Assembly (NCBI GenBank): GCA_038087875.1
Contig: CM075996.1
Span: forward strand, 746,001-810,000
DNA: 64,000 nucleotides
Direction: 5' to 3'
Origin: Malacoraja senta
Lineage: Eukaryota
Below the pieces are notes generated by a model. The model worked only from the letters and a program-made list of their open reading frames with translations, was not told the DNA's origin and ran no database searches. The position numbers were made by a program, and so were the translations under genes. Below, piece after piece: positions 12,666-25,317 of the stretch. Numbering within the stretch: position 1 is the first letter of the stretch; the number at the start of each line of letters is the position of its first letter.

Positions 12666-13577
12666 CAATTTCCTGGGGCATCTCAAGAATGGGTTTATTT
12701 TGTTCGGATCTGAGCAGCTGCCATCTCGATGCACTGTATGTATCGGCAGGCTGAAAACGGAAAGGTAAGTGACAATTCCTATTTGCTCCATGCCTCAACG
12801 ACCTTCCTAGGATGCAATAATTGGACCCTGATCTCTGAGCCTGTCAGGTGAATATTCACTTGGGATCTGCAGTTGTGTTGAACGTTTTTGCTGATGCTAA
12901 GTCCTGTCAGTGAGTGTGGGCACTCACGTGATTCGGACAGGCAGAGCACTGTTTCCAGTTGGTGTTAAGGCAACAGGGATCACTCTATCCAATCTTGATT
13001 CCGGATTTTAGTTGCCTATTTTCTTGGGTTCCCCAAATAAAATACTTTCTGGACCCCATTGCTGTTTAACTCCCAACTCTTATTAATTGTATGTTTTTTT
13101 GTAAAATGTGTTCTTTTCTCCAGCAGAACTTTTGACTGTTTAGGTAGAGCTGGGAATGACAAAGTGATGTTAACTAAGATAGAGGTAGAGCATTGGCATG
13201 CAGACATATTTGCAATGTGCCAATTTTTTCGGTCTAAAGAAGGGACCTTACCCAAAAAGTCACCTATCCATGTCTCCAACGCTGACCCGCTGAGTTACTC
13301 CAGCACTTTGTGTCTTTTTTGTAAACAAGCATCCTCAGTTCCTTGTTCCACCAATTTTGTTGTACGATTTAAAGGTGCTTTTTCCATTATGGTGCAGAGG
13401 GAATGAGTGTAGTTGGAATCAAACTGCCTGCCTACTTATTATGTGATTCAGAGCAGCTGTTTGTCTAACCTAATTACACCAATTGTTAGTGTTATGTAGT
13501 AATCCACATTGCATAAAATGAATTAGCTTTCCTTAACAGGGCAAGGACCCAGTTTAGAGAAAGCAAATATTTTTTCT

Positions 13578-13945
13578 CTAGTGCCTTTTGCTTCCTTTCA
13601 GGATGTTACATCGTTTTATAATCACTGAAGTGTAATCACTATTGAAATATGGCAGGCATTTTTCACACAGCTGGCTTTCTCAAGCAACAAATTGACAATG
13701 ACCATGTTATAACCTGGAATAACTTCCTTGCTGTTCTATCAAAGAGTGAAAATTGATCTTTTATATAAACTTGAGAGAATAGAGGGGACTTTAGCACTTC
13801 ATCTGAAAGGTGACATGTCTGACTACACAGCAGTCTTTCAGTACTTTTCTCAAGCAGTCCCCGAGATCTGTATTCTTAAGTGTTGGAATGAGATTTAGAC
13901 ACATTACTTGTATGAGGGATATGAGAATGCTGCCATAGCTGACAT
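13578..13945 (-). mobile_element. Old DeuSINE (SacSINE1-like)
   Basis: Reverse-complement Deu-domain landmarks: tgaagtgtaatcact, cttgctgttct, gatctttta, tcatctgaaaggtgaca, cagtact. Confidence 0.6.
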
Positions 13946-15148
13946 TGTGGTATTTGTGTTAGTGAAGGAATTTGGAAAACATTAAGTAAATGTTATGTTG
14001 TATAAGATGACAAAAGATGGATCTGTTATTTACAACAAAAACTATAAAATATGAAAGCAAAATGCTGGAAATAGCTGGCATGAAACTGTAATGATTTAGA
14101 TTGATAACCTTTCATCAGACCCTTTGGTTGTTGATCATAGATACAATTTGTGTCAGCACAGTTGGTCTTGATTTCTAGAATGACTAAAGCATTTTCTGTT
14201 TTCATCATTTGCAATGTGTTATTTTTGTTTATTGTAGTTTATTTGTTGTTGGTGAACTGTGTGTACAGTCAATAAATTTAACTTTCTATTTGGTTACAGT
14301 TAGATTTTTTTCTTTTGTTATTTGTGTGCTTTTTTTTACAATCATTCTTTTTCACAGACTTTTACACCTCCTGCCATACACCACCCTATTGAAGCAGCTA
14401 TCCAATTAGTCTCATTACCTTGTCCATCACCATTAAGAGTTTTCCCTTGTATTTATCGGATTCAATTCTGAGAATGTGTATTTGCAACCCTATTGGGTAT
14501 ATCAAAGCAATGGACTACATTTTAAAGTTTTGTCATCTCTAATCTGCACACATGTTGCCAGTGCATAATTAGCAATATCGTCTAGTTTGGCTGAATATCT
14601 CGTTTAAGCTACAGATACATTGAGTTTAAACACTCTATCCTCTGGTTACTAACCCTCCTGTCACTGCCCTACATTCAAGGGATTATAGTATAAATTTGTA
14701 CCTGAATATTTGCTGACACAATTTGATGCTCCAATGGAAAAGGCTACTTTAGAGTGAGGGGTTATTATTTCTGTATGGCTGGTATAAATATTCACAACCT
14801 TAATGTACTACAGCCTCCAGTTTATGTGTATCCACATTTGTCTCTGTTCTGCCAGCTTAATGTTTGAATAAGCAGTCCACACAAGGTGTCATGCTTTTCC
14901 AGTACATCTGTTTTGGAAGTTTTTTGTTCTTTATTGGGCAAACTGTTCGACTGGGCGTCCTCTCAAATATGTATCAGCTAACTGTAAATGAAGATGAGAA
15001 AATCTGTTACTGCTTAATGAGTGCGTAAAGAGGATAAAACTTCTTGCAAGTCAGTGTCTGAGGTAGATTGTTCATTTGTACCTCAAGAGTGCGAGAAATA
15101 GCTAAAATACTTGTCTAAGCAATTTTACTTCGGAGTCACGTGAGTGAC

Positions 15149-15185
15149 TACGTGAAGAAGACCCCGTCCAGCCGCACACGCGTCA
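15149..15185. repeat. DIRS left inverted-repeat core (partner 20050-20086)
   Basis: tacgtgaagaagaccccgtccagccgcacacgcgtca is the exact reverse complement of 20050-20086. Confidence 0.95.
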
Positions 15186-15360
15186 TTATCGATCAGACGC
15201 ATAGCGTTCATGACCGTGTGTGGAGGAGCAGCAGCTCCTCCAGGCGGTGAGTAAAGCAAATTTAAAGTAAAAATCGGACAAGGTAAGTGGTTTCGCTTTT
15301 ACTTACAGGGCGCTTTTCATCCCGCTCAGATGTGTTGGCAGAGGTCCACACAAACTCAGA

Positions 15361-16850
15361 ATGGAGAAAGGGCGTAGGGGAAGGAGAGGCCAGGGACGCA
15401 CCGCAGGTAAAACCCCCGATGCTAAGGGTAGCGGGCGTCAGGAAGAGGAGGCAGTGGCATCGAAGCCATCAACTCCCGCTACGGTCGAATGTGTCGTTAA
15501 ACCTATGGCGGCGGGGCGCAAGGCAGGACAAAAGTCGGCCCGACCTGTAGACTCGGATGAGTCGGACCCGGAGGTATACCCTCCTGCAGCAGAAAACTTT
15601 ATGGCTGCAAGGGTTGCCAGTTTAGACCTCCTGATGGGGAATGATTTACAAAGAACCCCACAGGAGGAATCAGGTCGGTGTTGGCCAATGGAGGATACAG
15701 CACAGGGTGTGCCTTGGTTGGGACAGGCACAAGGGTGGCCTACAGGAGAGCCATCAGAAATGACTGTGCAAAGTTATTACAGTGGTTGGCCTACAGGAGA
15801 GCCAGTGCTAGAAATGCCTGAAAAAAGGCAGTATATGTGCTGGCCTACTGAAGAGCCAGTACCAGAAATGTCTCAAAAAAGACAGTACAAACGTACTTAT
15901 GTGCCAGCACCGAAAGTTCCTAAAAGGGAAAAATATGAAGCGTTGGCCTAGAGTTGAGCCAGCGCCAGCAGCACCTGAAACAGGGCTGCCTATCCGTGGG
16001 CCTATAAGAGAGCCCGCGCAGGGGGAATCTGGCATAGACTTACCTGAAACAGGGGAACCAGAATTTACCCAACCTGAAGAGGAACATCTAGATTCAGAAG
16101 ATGAATTCTATGAGGATGAGAGCCCATTATCAGAGCTGAAAGTTCCTGGACTAGCACAAAAGTTTGCTGTTCCTAGAATAAAAGGGGAACCTTTGAGGGA
16201 TGAAATAGCAATGACTATAAATTATCTACTCTCCCATCAGCTCCAGGAAGTAACTATGGATGAGACTATGAAACAGTATGAGCCTCGGAGAATTGTGAAT
16301 CGCTGACAGTTCCAGCAGTGAATAACTTGATATGGGGTTATTTGAGCATTGGTTTACGCTCACAAGAATTGAAATTGCAACATGTATTGAAATTGCTGGG
16401 GTCAGGCATCACGGCATTTGCCAGAGGATTGGATGATGATTTTGTATCAGATTCACAACAAGATGCTTTAGCACTGATGTGTGGTGCGCACTTTGAAATA
16501 AATTGTATTCGTAAAAATGCAATAAAACCAAATATTCATCCTAAGTATGCAGGGCTCTGCAAACCAACCAACATACAAATGCCTAAATCTGCTGTTTGGA
16601 GAGTTTAAAAAAAAAATTTTTTTTAATTAAAAAAAACCTGAGTGGTATGATGATGCGACCGCCAATACTGAGCAGAGCAGTGCGAAGGCAGTATCCCTAC
16701 AGGCGGAATGCTGGTGCTGGAGAAGGAACAAGTCGATCATTCTCGTATACACGTTGGCGTGCTGCACCGGGGATACGTGGAGGTTACAATATGCCTACAA
16801 GAAGGGGACAACAATGGCCGGTGGCAAACCCCGAGGTAGGGGGTCCTGGT
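15361..16850 (+). pseudogene. DIRS gag-like ORF1, frameshifted
   Basis: Consecutive ORF pieces 15361-15951, 15899-16306, 16318-16608, 16596-; placed before RT. Confidence 0.7.
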
Positions 16851-18690
16851 CTGGTAAGGAAGACAAATGATTTATTTATTCTAAACAGCATTGTAGGATT
16901 CAAAATTGAGTTCTATCCACATTTGGATCCTCCAAGGCAAGAAAATTCAAACTGGTCATGAATTTTCTCAAAAGAAGAGAATAAGTTGATCAAAGGAGAA
17001 TTAGAAACTTTAACCAAAAAGGGGGTAATAGAGAAGTCAGTAGAACAACACCATCAGTTTGTATCAAATATTTTTCCAAGAACAAAAAAGGATGGTGGAT
17101 GTAGAATCATATTGGATCTGACAAATCTTAACCTTTATGTACAATGGAAACATTTACTAATGCAATTCAGCTAATCACAGAAAATTGCTACATGGCAAGC
17201 ATAGATCTGCAAGATGCATATTATTCCGTGGCAATGCATGGTAATGATCAAAGATATTTGAAATTTAGATGGATGAGTCAGTTATGGCAATTTAAAGCAT
17301 TGCCCAATGGTCTGACTTCAGCACCAAGATTATTCACTAAATTGCTCAAACCAATTTTAGCTCTGTTAAGAGCTGAGGGCTATGTATTAATGGCTTATTT
17401 AGATGATATCCTCATTGTAGGGGACACTTTGGCTGCTGCAAAATTGTCAGTATCCAGAGTCAAATACATTTTGAGAAATTAGGTTTCATTATTCACCTAC
17501 AAAAATCTAAATTGTTACCAAGCAAAAAGATTGATTACCTAGGGGTCACAATTAACTCCGAACACATGGTAATCACTTTGCCAAAAGATAAAAAGCTGCA
17601 GTTAATTGAAGGTTGCATAAAACTCATTAACGAGGACACACCTTCAATTAGAGAATTGGCAAGCTTGCTAGGCAAATCAATTGCAGGGTTTCCAGCTGTC
17701 ACGTTTGGACCATTGCATTATCAATGTTTACAGAGAGCTAAGGTACAAGCGTTAAAAATGAATAGAGGGCATTTTGACAGGCCCATGAAATTAACAATTC
17801 AATCCATTACAGAAATAGAATGGTGGATTAACAATGTTTCTAATGCTTCCAGAAAAGTTCTGGTAGAAACACCTTCCGTCACTCTACAGACTGATGTAAG
17901 TGCGCTGAGTTGGGGCGCTACTAACATGATTTCCAGCTGTGGAGGTAGGTGGGATGTGAATGAAGTACCTTTGCTGGAAAATCTGGGAATCAATTACCTA
18001 GAGCTATTAGGCACATTTTATGGCCTTAGAGCTTATTGCACTGATATGGGAAATGTGCATGTTCAGGTACAGGTTGACAATACTACAGCTGTAGCATACA
18101 TAAATCACATGGGTGGTATAAAACCAGAATCGTGTGATAAATTGGCAAATGAAATTTGGACCTGGGGTATTGCCAGAAAAATTTGGCTGTCAGCAATATA
18201 TTTACCAGGTAAAAATTAATACAATTGCAGACAAAAGATCACGTAAATTTAATGATAATACAGAATGGATGTTAAATCGGAAAATATTCACACAAATTAT
18301 CACACAATTTGGAATGCCAGAAATTGATCTGTTTGCATCAAGATTGAACCACCAGTTGCCTAAGTATGTGTCATGGGAACCTGATCCTGGAGCAGTAGCG
18401 GTGAATGCTTTCTCGCTACATTGGGGTGGTATGTTTCTGTATGCGTTTCCGCCATTTTGTTTAATCCACAGATGCATACAGAAAATTAAACAAGATTCAG
18501 CCTCAGGGATTTTGGTAGTACCAGATTGGCCTAAACAGCTATGGTACCCACTGGTGTTAAAATTAATCACAAAAAAAAAAAAAAACCCTTATGGTTATTC
18601 CAAAGCAGATTAAACTGCTTGTACACCCTGTGACTGATGAACCACATCCTTTACATGATCGTATTGGTTTGTTGATTTGCAGATTCTAAA
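16850..18690 (+). pseudogene. DIRS pol: reverse transcriptase, RNase H and N6-adenine methyltransferase-like domain, disrupted
   Basis: KKDGGCRIILDL, MASIDLQDAY, LPNGLTSAPRLFTK, YLDD; INYLEL, DNTTAVAYINHMGG; ADKRSR, IDLFASRLN, YAFPPF. Confidence 0.93.
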
Positions 18691-18699
18691 AAGGCCATA

Positions 18700-19640
18700 T
18701 CTTGGAAAGGATTATCAGACCGTACGGTGGATGTTATGACAGCAGCCTGGAGGAATAGTACCCAGAAGCAGTACATCTATATAAAGAAATGGGAGGAGTT
18801 TTGTTCAGGGAAACATATTGCATATAACCCAGCAGAAATTTCAGATGTAATAGAGTTCCTATCTACTCTATACTATGAATTAAAATTAAGTTATAGTGCA
18901 ATTAATACTGCACAAAGTGCACTCTCTGCATATTTAAGTAGTGAATCAGAACAAACTCCAATAGGAGCACATCCTTGGGTCTGTAGGTTTATGAAAGGAA
19001 TTTTCAACTCTAATCCTCCCAGACCTAGGTATACAGAAATTTGGAATGTAAAAGATGTACTGATGTTGCTAAGGAATTGAAATCCAGTTGAAACTCTGTC
19101 ATTATCCAAAATCACCATGAAATTGGTTATGCTCATGGCATTAGTTTCACCTTAGAGAGTTCAAACATTACAGAAACTCAGAATTGATAGAATGAAAGTA
19201 GGGCCAAATGCCGTGACATTCTATGTCTATGATTTACTGAAGCAAAGTAAACCTGGGTTCACAGGATGCAAGTTGGAATTTTTAGCATATCCTACAGATC
19301 CACGACTGTGTGTAGTAACATATGTGAAATGTTACATAGAAAAAACAAAAGTTTTAAGAGGCATTTTTTATTAGTCATATAAAGCCTCATAAGAAAGTGT
19401 CAACACAAACAATTTCACGATGGTTGAAACAGGTGTTGAGATATTCAGGTATTGATACTGATAAAATTAAATCTCATTCCACCAGGGCGGCATCAACATC
19501 AGCGGCCAGGGATTCAGACGTGCAATAGACCTTATTCTCGCGGCCGCAGGATGGGCAAGTGAACAGATGTTTCACAAGTATTACCATAAGGAGATTAAAG
19601 ATCTCAGAGGGTTTGGTGATGCCGTGCTGGATACAGTATT
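18700..19640 (+). pseudogene. DIRS tyrosine recombinase, disrupted
   Basis: SYSAINTAQSALS, HPWVCRFMKG, RV (~19156), HSTRAASTS (~19475), AAGW, F.KYY; premature stops at ~19078 and ~19153. Confidence 0.92.
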
Positions 19641-19819
19641 AAACCCCCCATTATAATAAATGGGCCTAATTTTGTTACTTTTATTAAAATAAATAAAACC
19701 ATTAACTGATTACATTCAAATGTTGTGGTTATGCATTGTTGATTGTGCTTACTCAGAGTCAATCGATGCAGTGAACACCTGGATTTGAATCCACGGTGTG
19801 AAATCACAGAGCTTTAAAA

Positions 19820-19932
19820 TCTTCACGTAGTCACTCACGTGACTCCGAAGTAAAATAGTAAAATTAAACGAGAACTTACCAGTTTGAAGTTTGATCTTTA
19901 TTTTATGAGGAGTAACGTTGAGGGATTACGTG
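19820..19932. repeat. DIRS internal complementary region (ICR)
   Basis: 19820-19856 is the reverse complement of 15122-15158; 19857-19932 is a near-exact reverse complement of 20081-20156. Confidence 0.95.
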
Positions 19933-20559
19933 CCCTCCGCTCCCACCCTCATAAAAGGATCAAGCTGGTAGTTCTAAGTCTTTATGCATCTTACTATCAT
20001 ACTTCAGTAATTATCGTCTGTGATTGTCACTCCGGCTGCTTTGAAAGATTGACGCGTGTGCGGCTGGACGGGGTCTTCTTCACGTAATCCCTCAACGTTA
20101 CTCCTCATAAAATACAGATCCAACTTCAAACTGGTAAGTTCTCGTTTAATCTTACTATTAAATTAGGCAATGAAGAGACTCGGCTAATTAAACTTGTTTT
20201 GTTAATTTGGGCTATATTTGACAAACCTTTCTCTCTGTCAATGTCCAAATGGTGATATTATAAAATAATTACTTGGCAAATGTTTAGCTGCAGAGTTTTG
20301 AGTTTCAGCCAGTTTCCTTCCTGTTAGGGATCAATGAGTTTGGTCTTGAGAATGTTCTCCTTCCTCTGTATTTGGAACGACAGACCCCAAATTGATTTTT
20401 TTTCCATTTTGTATGAGTTTTTGGCAGGCAGGCAGCGTGGGAGCTTGTAAATGTGGAAATGCTGGAAATATACAGCAGGTGAGGCGCTCTCTGGAAAGAG
20501 AAATAGTTGATGTTTCACATCAGTACTGATGAAGGTTCTTTGAACTGAAAAGTCAACCT

Positions 20560-21710
20560 CTCCCTGTAGCTCAGGCCCTCGAGTCCTGGCAACATCCTCG
20601 TAAATCTTCTCTGCACCCTTTCCAGCTGAACAGTATCTTTCCTATAATACGGTGACCAAAACTGAACACATTACTCTAAATGTGGCCTCACCAATGTCTT
20701 GCACACCTGCAACATGACCTCCCAACTTGTATATTCAGTGCTCTAACTGATAAAGGCTGATGTGCTCTACCTGGGACGCCATTTTGAAGGAAATACATAC
20801 CTGCACTCCTAAATCCCAATGTTCCACAACACAGTGACACAAATTTGCTGCCTTACAGCGCCAGAGACCAGGGTTCGATCCTGACTACGGGTTCTGTCCG
20901 GAGTTTGTATGTTCTTCCCGTAACCGCGCGGGTTTGCTCCGGGATCTTCGGTTTCCTCCCACACTCCAAAGATGTATAGGTTTGTAGGTCAATTGGCTCG
21001 GTATAAATGTAAGACAAAATTGTCCCTAGTATGTAGGATACTGTTAATGTGCGTGGACCACTGGTTGGTGCGGACTCGGTGGGGCGAAGGGCTTTTTTCC
21101 ACGCTGTATCTCAAAACTAAATTTCCCAGTTCTCTGCCATTCATCGTGTAGGTTTTGCCCTGTTTAGCCTTCACAAAATGCAACGCCTCTCACGTCTCTG
21201 TATTAAACTCCATCAACCATTCCTCAACCCACCTGCCCAACCGATCAAGATACTGCCACAATTATTGACAATCATCTTCATTATCTACAATACTATCCAC
21301 TTTAGTCTCATCTGCAAATGTACTCATCATTGCCTTGTATGGTCTCATGCAAATCTTTGATATAGATGACAAATAGCAATGGGCCCAGCACTAAAGCATG
21401 AGGCACATGCCACCAGTCTGAAAATCAACCCTCTACTTCCTTCCATGAAGCCAGTTTTCAATCTAGTCGGCTAACTTTCCTTGGATCCCATACCATCAAA
21501 TCTGGAACCTTGTCAAATGCTTTGCTGATATTCATATAAACAATGTCTACAGCTCTGCCCATATCAACATTTTTGGTCACATCTTCAAAAAACTCTTATC
21601 AGATTCGTGAGACATGATCTCCCAAGTACAAAACCATACAGACTATCCCTATCAGCGCTTGTTCATCTAAATGCATATATATCTCATCCCTCAATAACTT
21701 AATCCTCAGT
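20560..21710 (-). mobile_element. CR1 RT fragment interrupted by a plus-strand HE1 SINE (~20847-21120)
   Basis: Minus-strand LVRPHLE.CVQFWSPYYRKD, FADE, FSKAFDKV; SINE with B box ggttcgatcc and V domain. Confidence 0.8.
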
Positions 21711-21905
21711 AAATTAACCACTATACTACTGTACGCAGATGATGACAGTGGTCAATTTTAATGCCCAAAAATTATTTTCAACTACATTTGTTCTAAATGA
21801 TGACTGGTTCTGTTCTCTCACAGAACAAAAAAGCATTTTTTTTTAAAGGTCTAATGCTGCTTTCTTCAATTATTTTGGCAGAGTGCTTGATCACAATATT
21901 TTGCT

Positions 21906-22220
21906 TTAGTATAGTTTAGAGATAAGGCATGGAAACGTCCATCCCACTGACTCCATGCTGACCATCACCCGGTCACACTAGTTCTATATTATCCCACTTC
22001 CTCATCTACTCCCCACACGCTAGGGGCAATTTACAGGGGTCAATTAACCTACAAAATCACACTTTTTGGGGGGATGTGGGAGGAAGCCACAGCACATGGA
22101 GGAAACCCACGTGGTCACAGGGAGAACATGCAAAATCCTCACGATGACGTCACCCGAGATCAAGATCGATCCCGAGTCTGTGTGTTAGCAGCTCTACCAG
22201 CTGTGCCACTGTACCACCCT
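21906..22220 (-). mobile_element. HE1-type V-SINE
   Basis: Reverse V domain gaaacccacgtggtcacagggagaacatgcaaa; tail ttagtatagtttag. Confidence 0.75.
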
Positions 22221-22229
22221 ACTGCGGGG

Positions 22230-23100
22230 ATCATTACGAAATAAATCATAAATCATTTCTATAAAAATAAATGATTTGCATGAGAATGCAGGTGGACTGA
22301 TTACTAAGTTTGCTGATAACATAGATATTGATGAAGAAGGTTGCAAAATTATTTGGAGGGATATAGATAAGTTGAGCAGAGCAGTGGCAGCTGGAATTTA
22401 ATCCAGATAAGTGTAAGGTAATGCATTTTGTGAAGTCTAAACAGGGCAAAACCTACACGATGAATGGCAGGGAACTTTGATGTGAGTTCATAGCTCCCTG
22501 AAAATGTCAACACGGTTAGATAGGGTAGTGAAGAAGGCACTGTTGTCTTCACAGGCTGAGAAATAGAGTTCAAAAGTAGGGATGTCATGTTGCAGCTGTA
22601 CAAAACAATGGCTAGACTGCATTTGGAGTATTCTGTACGGTTCTGGCTGCTATATTGCAGGAAAAATATTGTATAGCATTAGAAAGAGAGCGTTATTTAT
22701 GTAAAGGTTAGATAAATTGGGCTTATTCTCACTGGGAATTAGGGGGCCATGGAGTGATCTTATTGAGGTTTATAAAATAGAGAGGATAGATAGTTGGAGG
22801 CTTTATCCCAGAGTGGGGAGACTAAAATTTGATGGCATTACTTTAAGATGGGAGACGAGAAATAGAAAGGAGATCGAGTGGTGTTGGCAGAGAGTGGTGG
22901 TTGTATGGCACAAGCTGCCAGAGGAAGTGGTAGAGGCGGGTACAATTTTGTTGTTTAATAGGCATTTGTACAGGTGCATGGATAGGAAAGGAGTAGAGGG
23001 ACACAGGCCTAAAGCTGATAAATAGGATTATTGTAGATAGGCATTATAGTTTGCATAGACTAATTGGGCTGAATGGTGTGTTTCAGCGTTGTACAATTCA
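22230..23100 (+). mobile_element. CR1 3' fragment, degraded
   Basis: KFAD, FNPDKCKVMHF, HLEYSVRFW, LGLFSL, QRVV..W.KLPEEVVEAG. Confidence 0.8.
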
Positions 23101-24626
23101 ATTGCCCAATTTTAAATGACCTACAGATGGTGGTGGGGGAAATCAACCATTTCATGAAATATGGAGAGCATTACTGTTGCATCCTTTTGTAGAAGCACCG
23201 TACACCTTTGTCATTTGTGATGTTGAACTTTGAATTCCAGAGATCATTGTAGTCGGATGATTAGTTCAGGCTGCTTACATACGACAACCTTAGACCTTGT
23301 GTAAGGCAATGCTGAATAATCAAAAAATTCAGATTATAGACTGCTTGACAGCTCCACCTCATGTGTCAGCCAATGAATTGGAGATTGGGTGTGTCATATG
23401 ACATGCAGCAGGAAATTTATTGTACATCAATTTAAAGTTACTCAAGAAATGGCATCTCATTAATAAATAGAGAAATCAGAAACAGTAACTTTCAACAACA
23501 GCAGGATCATTTCTCCAGAAACATGCAGCGAGTGAAGACTGCTCACAAGTTAATGTGCATAAAATCAATCCCAGTCATCACAGCAGGGTGGTCACCAGGC
23601 TTAATTGGCCCAGTCCTTTCCTTTTAGTTTGGTTATAGTGCTGAAGGATTCAGCACAATCATTGTGCCCATTTTTAATTACTGAGGCTTGTATCCCAAAT
23701 GTTGCAAGAATAAAAGAGAAGTTTAAAGAACAAACTGGTTAATTGTCAATGAGCTCGGCATTTAATCTTTGTAAATATTACAATATAATTAACCATAATA
23801 TTTTAAGGGAGGGTCTAGAGGTGTAGAGCTAACAGCTCAGTTTTAATAGCCACAATGCCAACTCCACCCATGCAGTCTACAATGTGCAGCTCGCCTGCTT
23901 AAAGCTTTCCTGAATTCTTTAGAGCCATTGTTCACAGCCAAAGGGAGGAGTTATGCCACAAAGAATATACTGGTGCAGCAGTAATAGTGTTTTCATGTTC
24001 ACATTTACTTCCTTTCATAACTGCCCTACAATGATTCCAACTGCATGAGATCATCCACTAACCTGCTGAAAGGCTCGGACTTCAGAAACTGGGAGATCTG
24101 GAATTTAAATAAATTGTTAATTAAAATATGCACACTGTGCACTTGTGTTTTGTTTCCCACTCTTGATTCTAAAAGCTTGGTGGCTTCTTGTTGCATCAGC
24201 CGAAGGCTGACATGTAAACATAAGTTTCTGTGGGCCCCTTAGTAAATGTAATCACCAGCAGAAAGTTCAAGTTTCTGGGCTGAGTGCCATTTCTTTTTGC
24301 TTGGCTGTGTTGAGCACTCTTGCTTGGTTATTGCACGGAGGGCCACTACTCTGCAGACTGAAAAAGATTCATCATCTATTTGTTGTATTCGTTTCTTTGG
24401 AATAAAAGCAAAAAATGCAGGAAATACTATGGAATCAGAAACGGTTATGTTTCAAGTTTATGATATTTAATTAGAAATGAATACAGATGAAAATAAACAT
24501 AGTTTAAATTGCCATGGACGGCGGGGTCAGATTAGTGGTGCATAGCACAATGAATGCCAGGAAATAGGAGCAGGAATAGGCCACCTGCAATGCCGTTTGT
24601 TATGATCTGCCCTGGTCTCAGTGGTT

Positions 24627-25075
24627 CTTTATTATCACATGTATCAAGGTACAGTAAAATTATTTTTTTGCATATAATTCAGTAAAATGTTACCATACAT
24701 AAATACAATCCCAGATTAAGTACAAAGTGTATAGAAATAGCCCACTGGGACCATATGCAAGAGTCACCCGGTTTTTGTGCCATTTTCAAAGTCCAAACCG
24801 AAACTGGCCCATTGTAGCCGTCACCACCATCCGGATTGTCCAGTGAACTGTCGTCCCTCTCCTCGCCCGTCCAACATTCAGCCATTGTGCACCAGGTCAC
24901 CTCTTGCCGTTGACCTTGAGGGTGCAGAAGGTAAGCTACCGGTTCTTTGTTCTTGTGTCTGCTGTCGGCCACTCCCACCATCCCCTCCACTCGGGGACGA
25001 GCAGAGGCTGGGCTCGGTGGCTCCCTCTTCGGGCAGATTTTTGTGGTTCCGCGGTGGGTAAGCCAGGCTTGTTTC
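24627..25075 (-). mobile_element. Unclassified GC-rich retroposon with a Rex-like 3' end
   Basis: Starts ctttattatcacatgtatcaaggtacagtaaaat, the same terminal motif seen at 7780 and 49148; non-coding GC-rich body. Confidence 0.45.
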
Positions 25076-25317
25076 CGAAATATGGCTGTGGCTCCTCTTC
25101 TCTACCAGCTCCTCGAGGCTCTCAATTCTCTAACCTTTGCAAAAGTGATCTACCATCTCTTTAGAGATCTAGTGATCTAGCCTCCATAATTGCATTGATA
25201 CACTACTCTTTGTAAGAAAAAATTCTTGTGCACTTCAGTCTTAAGTAAACGTTCCTTATCTTGTAACTATGTACCATACATAAATAGAAACATTTCTTCC
25301 ATCGAATGTGTCTAAAG

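Larger units (their letters stand above)
15122..20159 (+). mobile_element. DIRS1-type tyrosine-recombinase retrotransposon, full length, inactivated
   Basis: Inverted termini, internal complementary region, ATT at both ends, gag-like/RT/RNaseH/methyltransferase-like/YR order. Confidence 0.95.
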
